NCBI GenBank assembly: GCA_001914785.1
Contig: MNDE01000154.1
Span: 44,107 to 108,106, forward strand
Origin: Acidobacteria bacterium 13_2_20CM_57_17
GTDB taxonomy: Bacteria; Acidobacteriota; Terriglobia; Acidiferrales; UBA7541
DNA length: 64,000 nucleotides
Reading direction: 5' to 3'
The notes beneath the pieces are model-generated. The model saw only the letters and a program-made list of their open reading frames with translations, had not been told where the DNA came from and ran no database searches. Position numbers and translations under genes: made by a program. This document shows, in pieces, positions 57,112 through 64,000 of the stretch; positions within the stretch are counted from its first letter, which is position 1; each line of letters begins with the position of its first letter.

Positions 57112-57735
57112 ATGGCTCTGACCAAACGGCAAAAAGAAGTTCTCGACTACCTCGTGGCGTTTGAGACCAAGCATGGCTACGCGCCAAGCTTTGAAGAAAT
57201 CGGCAAGGGTCTGAAACTCACTTCCCTGGCCACCGTGCACAAGCACATTACTACGCTCGAGAAAAAAGGCTTCATTCGCCGCGGTTACAATCAGAGCCGC
57301 TCCATTGAAATTGTGCAATTGCCGAAGTCGGTCAAGGAACAGGTCATCGACCGCAAGATGCAGGAGCTTCCGCTGGTTGGAAGGATCGCTGCGGGACGTC
57401 CGCTGGAGGCCGTGGAAGAACGCGAAACGATTTCGCTGGGCGATTTCGCGCGCGGTGGCAACTCCTTTGTTTTGCAGGTCAAAGGCACTTCCATGATCGA
57501 GGACCACATCATGGATGGAGACTTTGTTGTCTGCGAGCAAACCCAGGTCGCCAATGCCGGTGACATCGTTGTGGCCCTGATCGGCGGCGAGGAAGCGACT
57601 CTCAAGCGCTTCTATCGCGAAGGCCCGGGGAAAATACGCCTCCAGCCGGCAAATTCGGAAATGTCTCCCATTATGGTTGCGGCGAACGACGTCAAGATTC
57701 AGGGCCGCGTGATCGGCGTCCTTCGCAAATATTAG
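57112..57735 (+). CDS. lexA: SOS repressor LexA
   Basis: LTKRQ, wHTH, GRIAAG cleavage site, GTSM (Ser), ATLKR (Lys). Confidence 0.98.
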   Translation: MALTKRQKEVLDYLVAFETKHGYAPSFEEIGKGLKLTSLATVHKHITTLEKKGFIRRGYNQSRSIEIVQLPKSVKEQVIDRKMQELPLVGRIAAGRPLEAVEERETISLGDFARGGNSFVLQVKGTSMIEDHIMDGDFVVCEQTQVANAGDIVVALIGGEEATLKRFYREGPGKIRLQPANSEMSPIMVAANDVKIQGRVIGVLRKY

Positions 57736-57965
57736 TTCTTAGCACTCGAAGTACACGCCAACTGTAGGCAACCCGCCTTCAGGAATGTTGGCCCTCCGTG
57801 GCCAACCTTCGTCGCCACTCCCTCCCTGTTGGTAAATTGTTTGTGTCAGAATCCCGTTGCGTGCATCAGAAGAGTGTTACCGGTTATCCTCATGGAGCCC
57901 TTTCGGGCAACGTGGCAGGGAAAATCAAATTCGCCGAGAGATCCTAAACTCTTGAGGTCGCAAAC

Positions 57966-59639
57966 TTGTCCTCGAACCGCCAGAGCATTTTGATCGTTGA
58001 CCCCGACGCGGTCTCGCGCCAAGTGCTTGAGGAACTTGTGCGTTCGGCTGGCTACGACGTGGCCGTGTCTTCCTCCCAGGTCGAAGGATTCAAGTTTGTT
58101 CAAGAGGCCAGCATCGACCTCTTGATTCTGTCTGCCGACCTTGCCGACATCCAGTGCTGCGACGCGCTCGCCGAAGTCAAAGGCAATGCCGCCACTGCCG
58201 GGACACGCGTGATCCTTCTCACGAAAGGGGGCGGGGCGGAACGGGCTCGGGGCCTCGATCTCGGCGCGGATGAAGTGCTCACTTCGCCGTGGGAAGCGGC
58301 CGAATTGCTCGCGCGGGTTCGTGTCCAGTTGCGCGATAAACATGCGTTCGATCAACTCCAGGAGAAAACGCGTATCGCCGACGAAAGCCGGGAGGTGGCG
58401 CAGACGGCTTTTCAGGCCCTCGCCGTCACGGAGAAGATGACCCGCGATGCCTTTTCGCTCGAGCGTGCGTTGAAGATTGGCGTCTCCGCTCTATTTGCAA
58501 TTGCCTTGGTGATCGCCGGAATTTTCGTTCTTTTCTCCAGGCGTGCCAGCAAGGAAGCGAATCGCGCCTATGCGGTGATTGCCCAGATGGAGCGTGGCGC
58601 CCATCGCCAGGAACAATTGATCGCGGATGCTCGCAGCGCGCGCGCCGATCTTAAGCAATCGGATGTTCTCGAGCAAAAGCAGCAGCTCAAGCAGCAATCG
58701 GATGTTCTGCGGCAGAAAATCTCGGACGCCGAGCCTGGCGACGTGTCCGCGCTTCGCAAGGAGCTCGAGGAAACCACTACACGCCTAAAACGTGTGGAGA
58801 CCGAGTCGCAGTCCGCGGAAGAAGTGATTCGTGCCTACGCGCCGAGCGTGTGCCTCATCCACGTGTCCGTGGCCTTTGTAGACCGCGCTTCGGGCCGCCC
58901 CCTGCGATATGGCGGAATCAATCCGGACGGCGAGCCGCTTCACGACAGCGACGGCAATCCGGTGTATACCTTGGAGGGGCGCGCACCCGAAGTTCGCGCT
59001 GATTTCTTCGGCACCGGATTCATGGCCGGAGAAGGCCGCATTCTTACGAACCATCACGTCGCGCAACCCTGGTGGAAGAATGACGAGCTCACGGCCGTCA
59101 CCAGCCAGGGGCTTAACCCCACAATTTCAGACCTGACTGCCTATTTTCCAGACACGAGCGCTGGCGTTCCCGTCAGCGTTTCCGAAATTTCCGAGGTAGC
59201 GGACCTGGCAGTGCTGAAAGGCGATTTGTCCGGCTTGAAGAAACCCGTCCTTAAAATGGATGCGCGCAAGGAAGCGGCGGTCAGCGGCCAGCCTCTGCTT
59301 TCGCTTGGCTATGCCACGGGTATCAGCGCCATTCTTGCGCGCGCGGGCGAAGACGTGGTAGACGAAATCGCCAAGACCACCGGCGGGAAGCCGAAAGAGG
59401 TTGTCAACGAACTTCTTCGGCGCAAACTCATTCGCCCGCTGGTTACTCAGGGTCATATCGGCGACGTTCTTCCGGACAAAATTGTCTACGATGCGCAAAC
59501 CACTTCCGGCGGCTCGGGCGGGCCGCTCATCAATCGCGATGGAGAAGTGATTGGCGTGACGTTTGCCGTGGTCAAGGGATTTGGCGGTTCAAATTTTGGC
59601 GTTCCCATTCGCTTTGCTCAGCCCCTCCTCAAGCCATGA
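57966..59639 (+). CDS. Pseudo-receiver / TM / coiled-coil / trypsin-like serine protease fusion
   Basis: REC fold at the N-terminus, one TM helix, LTNHHVA, DLAVL, GGSGGP. Confidence 0.88.
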   Translation: MSSNRQSILIVDPDAVSRQVLEELVRSAGYDVAVSSSQVEGFKFVQEASIDLLILSADLADIQCCDALAEVKGNAATAGTRVILLTKGGGAERARGLDLGADEVLTSPWEAAELLARVRVQLRDKHAFDQLQEKTRIADESREVAQTAFQALAVTEKMTRDAFSLERALKIGVSALFAIALVIAGIFVLFSRRASKEANRAYAVIAQMERGAHRQEQLIADARSARADLKQSDVLEQKQQLKQQSDVLRQKISDAEPGDVSALRKELEETTTRLKRVETESQSAEEVIRAYAPSVCLIHVSVAFVDRASGRPLRYGGINPDGEPLHDSDGNPVYTLEGRAPEVRADFFGTGFMAGEGRILTNHHVAQPWWKNDELTAVTSQGLNPTISDLTAYFPDTSAGVPVSVSEISEVADLAVLKGDLSGLKKPVLKMDARKEAAVSGQPLLSLGYATGISAILARAGEDVVDEIAKTTGGKPKEVVNELLRRKLIRPLVTQGHIGDVLPDKIVYDAQTTSGGSGGPLINRDGEVIGVTFAVVKGFGGSNFGVPIRFAQPLLKP

Positions 59640-59666
59640 GGGAGCGTTTTGTTTTATTCTTTAGCC

Positions 59667-61028
59667 GTGGAGCGGAGACGACATCAACCTTTGCTAACTC
59701 AAAACAGGAAGCGGTTGCCCAATCCTATTCGTTTGACTCTCGCTTTCCTGATCGCCCTTCTGCTGGCCTTGCCAGCTCCCGTTTACGCCTACGCTGTTCT
59801 GTCTCATGAGGCCATCGTTGACGCGGCTTGGGAAACGCACATCAAGCCTCTCCTCTTGAAAGAATTCCCTCAGGCAAGCGAGGAAGATCTGAGCAGGGCG
59901 CAAGCTTACGCTTACGGTGGCGCCATCATTCAAGACATGGGCTATTACCCGTACGGCAGCCCGTTTTTCAGCGACCTCACCCACTACATCCGCAGTGGCG
60001 ATTTCATCCAGGCTCTGCTGCGCGATGCTAAGGACCTCAATGGGTACGCTTTCGCCGTTGGTGCGCTGGCGCACTACGCCGCGGACAATGACGGTCACCG
60101 CCTTGGCACCAACCGGGCAGTTCCGATCCTATATCCAGGCCTTGGCAAGAAATTCGGCGACAGCGTTGCGTTTGAGGACAACCGGCTGGCGCACGTGAAA
60201 ACTGAATTTGGTTTTGATGTTCTCGAAATCGCGCGCGAACGCTACGCTCCCGACAGCTATCACGACTTCATCGGCTTCGAAGTTTCTCGCCCGGTTCTCG
60301 AGCAAGCCTTTCGGGAAACCTACGGCCTCGAGTTGAAAGATGTACTCGTGAGCGAAGAGAAGGTTCTCAACTCCTACCGCCGCGACGTCAGCAAACTGAT
60401 TCCGAAGGCTACTCGCATCGCCTGGCACCTCAAGAAAGACGAAATCAAGGACGATATTCCGGACGCGACGAAGAAAAAGTTTCTCTTCAACCTGTCCCGC
60501 GCCAATTACGAGCGCGAATGGGGCAAGGACTATCGCAAGCCCAGTCCGGGCGAGCGTTTTCTGGCTTTTCTCTACAAGCTAATTCCCAAATTCGGGCCCC
60601 TCAAGATCCTGCAATTCCGGACGCCTACGCCGCAAACCGAACAGATGTTTGAAGCCAGTTTCAATGCCACTCTCGACCGCTACCGGGAGCTATTGACTGA
60701 AGTTCGCGAGGGCAGGCTGGACTTGCCCAATAATAATTTCGACACTGGCGAGAAAACCGGCCCCGGGAAATACCGTTTGAACGATGAAGCCCATGCGGAA
60801 CTGCTGGATAAGCTGGCGGAAAACAAATTCGTCGGCGCCACTTCGGAAGTAAAAGCGGAGCTTTTGCGCTTTTTTGCCGAGCCGGATGCTCCGTACGCGA
60901 CGAAACGCAACGCCAAAGCCTGGACTAGAGTCCAAACGCAGTTGCAACGGTTGAAATCAGCGCAGATCGCAGCCGCCCCTGCCAATTCTGCTCAACAGAT
61001 CCCGTGCGACCCTCCAGTCAATCTGTAG
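59667..61028 (+). CDS. Zinc-dependent phospholipase C-family protein
   Basis: Signal peptide then YAVLSHEA, QDMGYYP, SDLTHY, LAHYAAD, HVKTEFGFD; start uncertain (59667 or 59715). Confidence 0.8.
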   Translation: MERRRHQPLLTQNRKRLPNPIRLTLAFLIALLLALPAPVYAYAVLSHEAIVDAAWETHIKPLLLKEFPQASEEDLSRAQAYAYGGAIIQDMGYYPYGSPFFSDLTHYIRSGDFIQALLRDAKDLNGYAFAVGALAHYAADNDGHRLGTNRAVPILYPGLGKKFGDSVAFEDNRLAHVKTEFGFDVLEIARERYAPDSYHDFIGFEVSRPVLEQAFRETYGLELKDVLVSEEKVLNSYRRDVSKLIPKATRIAWHLKKDEIKDDIPDATKKKFLFNLSRANYEREWGKDYRKPSPGERFLAFLYKLIPKFGPLKILQFRTPTPQTEQMFEASFNATLDRYRELLTEVREGRLDLPNNNFDTGEKTGPGKYRLNDEAHAELLDKLAENKFVGATSEVKAELLRFFAEPDAPYATKRNAKAWTRVQTQLQRLKSAQIAAAPANSAQQIPCDPPVNL

Positions 61029-61164
61029 GTCAGGACTGAGGGTGCGGCTCCCTCTCTCGACGCACAAAAATAATTGATTCTCTAAATCGAAAAAACTGCA
61101 ACTGAGTCGCGTCGTCTGCATGAAACAATGTAGAATTTCGCGCGACGCCTTGATCGCCTCTGAG

Positions 61165-64000
61165 ATGAAGAAGACCAAACCTATTCGAAAACTCCTCGCC
61201 GCCAATCGCAGCGAAATCGCCATCCGCATCTTCCGCGCAGCCAATGAGCTCGGCTTGCGCACCGTAGCCATCTATTCGCAGGAAGACCGGCTTTCGCTGC
61301 ATCGCTTTAAGGCCGATGAAGCCTATCAGGTTGGCGTCGGCAAAGGCCCCGTGGAAGCCTACCTGGACATCGCGGGAATCGTCGCCCTGGCAAAAGAAAA
61401 GAGCGTCGACGCCATCCATCCCGGTTACGGTTTTCTTTCCGAGAATCCTGCGTTTGCGCGCGCCTGCGAAAAGGCCGGCATCACTTTCGTTGGTCCCCCG
61501 CCGCAGCTTCTTGAGTTGCTTGGAGACAAGACAGCCGCTCGAAGACTCGCTACATTGGCAGGCGTTCCCGTCCTTCCCGGAGCTGAAAATCCCATCAAGT
61601 CGCCAGCGGAGGCGCAAAAAGTTGCTCGGGAGATCGGCTATCCCGTCATCGTGAAAGCGGCGATGGGCGGGGGCGGCCGCGGCATGCGCGTCGTCCATGA
61701 CGCCGCGCAGCTCGATGCCCTCCTCGAAGAAGCGCAGGGTGAAGCGCGCTCCGCCTTCGGTGACCCTTCCGTTTTCCTTGAAAAATATTTGCCGCGCGCA
61801 CGCCATTTGGAAGTCCAGATCCTCGCCGACCATCAAGGTAACCTACTCCATCTTTACGAACGCGACTGCTCTGTTCAGCGCCGCCACCAAAAGGTTGTCG
61901 AAGTTGCTCCGGCTGCGAATCTTTCCGCGAGTATTCGCGCCGAACTCTGCAATGCCGCCGTGCAGCTCGCGCGCAAAGCCAACTATCGCAACGCCGGCAC
62001 CGTCGAGTTTCTCTACGATGTCGATTCGCAGAAATGGTATTTCATTGAGGTCAATCCGCGCATTCAAGTCGAACACACCGTGACCGAGATGGTCACCGGC
62101 ATCGATCTGGTGCGCTCACAGATTCTTGTCGCGCAGGGTTACCAGCTACACCAGCCGCCAATGGACTTGCCAAGGCAGGAGGGTGTTCCGCTCAACGGCG
62201 CGGCTCTCCAGTGTCGCGTTACGACGGAGGATCCGGAGAACAACTTTGCCCCGGATTATGGAAAGCTTTCCACCTATCGTTCGCCCGCGGGCTTTGGCAT
62301 TCGTCTCGATGGCGGCACCGCTTATGCCGGAGCCACGCTTGCCGCGTATTACGATTCGCTGCTCGTCAAAGTGACGGCGTGGGGTGCCAACCTTCCCGAA
62401 GCTTGCCAGCGAATGGACCGTGCTCTCCGCGAATTCCGCATTCGTGGCGTGAAAACGAACATTCCCTTTGTGGAAAACGTTGTCAATCACCCGAAGTTCC
62501 GCGCCGGCGAAGTCACCACGTCTTTCCTCGACGAGTCGCCTGAACTTTTCCGCTTTCCCAGCCGCGGCGATCGCGCCACAAAACTCCTTTCCTATCTCGG
62601 CGATGTCATCCTAAACGGCAATCCCGAGGTGAAGGGCAAGCAAGTCCCGAAAGAAATCGAGACCGCGGTAATTCCGGCGTCACCGACGGACAAGCCGTCC
62701 GCCGGCACACGTCAGCTCCTGCAAAAGCTTGGGCCGGCAAAATTTGCCGCCTGGGCGAGAAAAGAAAAGCGCCTGCTCATCACCGACACAACTTTCCGCG
62801 ACGCTCATCAATCCTTGATGGCTACCCGCGTTCGCACATTCGACTTGCTCGCTACTGCAACCGCCGTCGCGCATCGCCTGCCCAATCTTTTCAGCCTCGA
62901 GATGTGGGGCGGCGCAACGTTTGACACTTCGATGCGCTTCCTGCACGAAGATCCCTGGCAACGCTTGCGCGACCTGCGTGAGCGCATTCCCAACATCTGT
63001 TTCCAGATGCTTCTTCGCGGCGCCAACGCTGTCGGCTACACTTCTTATCCCGACGGTCTCATCACTGAATTCGTCCGCGAAGCACATTCCCAGGGCATCG
63101 ACATCTTTCGCATTTTCGATTCACTCAATTCCGTCGAAAACATGCGCGTCTCGATCGATGCCGCGCTCGAAGCCGGCGCCGTTTGCGAAGCCGCCATTTG
63201 CTACACCGGTGACATTCTCGATAAAAACCGCCCGAAATATTCGCTCAAGTATTACGTCGCGATGGCCAAGCAACTGGAAAAACTGGGCACCCACTTCCTG
63301 GCCATAAAGGATATGGCGGGACTTTGCAAACCTTATGCCGCGTTCGAATTGGTGAAAGCTCTCCGCGACGAAGTCGGCATTCCGATCCACTTTCACACGC
63401 ATGACACCAGCGGCATCAACTCCGCCTCCGTGTTGAAAGCTGCCGATGCCGGAGTCGACGTCGCCGACGGCGCCATCGCCGCCATGAGCGGCGGCACCAG
63501 CCAGCCCAATCTCAATTCCATCGTCGCCTCGCTTCGTCACACTCCGCGCGACACGCAGCTCGACGTCGACACGCTCAACGAGTGCTCCGACTATTGGGAA
63601 ACGGTTCGCACGTATTATCTTCCGTTTGATTCCGGTCCCAAGGCCGGTTCCGCGCGTTTGTATCAGCATGAAATCCCCGGCGGCCAGTTCACCAACTTGC
63701 GCGAACAGGCCGCCGCCATGGGCCTCGGCCATCGTTGGCGCGAAGTCGAAAAAATGTATGCCGAGGTCAACCAGCTTTTCGGCGATATCGTCAAAGTCAC
63801 GCCTTCCAGCAAAGTCGTCGGCGACATGACACTTTTTCTGATGGCCAAGGAGACGCAGCCGTCTGATGTTCTCAAGCTCGACGAAAAACATGACGTGTCC
63901 TTTCCCAATTCCGTCGTCGAAATGTTTTCCGGTGTTCTCGGCGTCCCTCCCGGCGGCTGGCCGAGAAAATTGCAGAAAATCGTTCTGCGTGGCCAGGCTC
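61165..64000 (+). CDS. pyc: Pyruvate carboxylase, partial (runs off the window end)
   Basis: Read by hand: ANRSEIAIR, GGGGRGMR, ERDCSVQRRHQK, EVNPRIQVEH, TDTTFRDAHQS, IKDMAG, HTHDT, VKVTPSSK. Confidence 0.97.
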   Translation, partial: MKKTKPIRKLLAANRSEIAIRIFRAANELGLRTVAIYSQEDRLSLHRFKADEAYQVGVGKGPVEAYLDIAGIVALAKEKSVDAIHPGYGFLSENPAFARACEKAGITFVGPPPQLLELLGDKTAARRLATLAGVPVLPGAENPIKSPAEAQKVAREIGYPVIVKAAMGGGGRGMRVVHDAAQLDALLEEAQGEARSAFGDPSVFLEKYLPRARHLEVQILADHQGNLLHLYERDCSVQRRHQKVVEVAPAANLSASIRAELCNAAVQLARKANYRNAGTVEFLYDVDSQKWYFIEVNPRIQVEHTVTEMVTGIDLVRSQILVAQGYQLHQPPMDLPRQEGVPLNGAALQCRVTTEDPENNFAPDYGKLSTYRSPAGFGIRLDGGTAYAGATLAAYYDSLLVKVTAWGANLPEACQRMDRALREFRIRGVKTNIPFVENVVNHPKFRAGEVTTSFLDESPELFRFPSRGDRATKLLSYLGDVILNGNPEVKGKQVPKEIETAVIPASPTDKPSAGTRQLLQKLGPAKFAAWARKEKRLLITDTTFRDAHQSLMATRVRTFDLLATATAVAHRLPNLFSLEMWGGATFDTSMRFLHEDPWQRLRDLRERIPNICFQMLLRGANAVGYTSYPDGLITEFVREAHSQGIDIFRIFDSLNSVENMRVSIDAALEAGAVCEAAICYTGDILDKNRPKYSLKYYVAMAKQLEKLGTHFLAIKDMAGLCKPYAAFELVKALRDEVGIPIHFHTHDTSGINSASVLKAADAGVDVADGAIAAMSGGTSQPNLNSIVASLRHTPRDTQLDVDTLNECSDYWETVRTYYLPFDSGPKAGSARLYQHEIPGGQFTNLREQAAAMGLGHRWREVEKMYAEVNQLFGDIVKVTPSSKVVGDMTLFLMAKETQPSDVLKLDEKHDVSFPNSVVEMFSGVLGVPPGGWPRKLQKIVLRGQA

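Overview
A 64-kb GC-rich bacterial chromosomal segment. Gene content points to Acidobacteriota (inference): four VWA-domain paralogues, Gly-rich TonB C-terminal proteins, an Oar-like TonB-dependent receptor and a kinase-TolB fusion. Core genes are ileS-lspA, rluD, a thiolase, hbd, recA, 2-oxoacid:ferredoxin oxidoreductase alpha/beta, lexA and a partial pyc, interspersed with secreted hydrolases and signalling genes. I found no rRNA, tRNA, CRISPR array or transposase. The main signals not explained by gene annotation are: (1) a direct-repeat operator, TTCGC-N6-TTCGCC, in front of lexA, a DinB-family gene, a UvrD-plus-nuclease fusion and, as a double box, an unannotated 67-aa Cys/His protein upstream of recA, which reads as an SOS regulon with a new member; (2) a complete promoter-RBS-ORF-terminator unit encoding a 17-aa peptide with 11 lysines; (3) a kinase-less CheY/Hpt/GspE-REC module behind a sigma54/IHF-like promoter; (4) a dispersed non-coding element built from 27-nt IHF-like units; (5) a frameshifted PAS-PAS-STAS gene; (6) several apparently leaderless genes. 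All functional calls rest on motif recognition by eye; no database searches were run.
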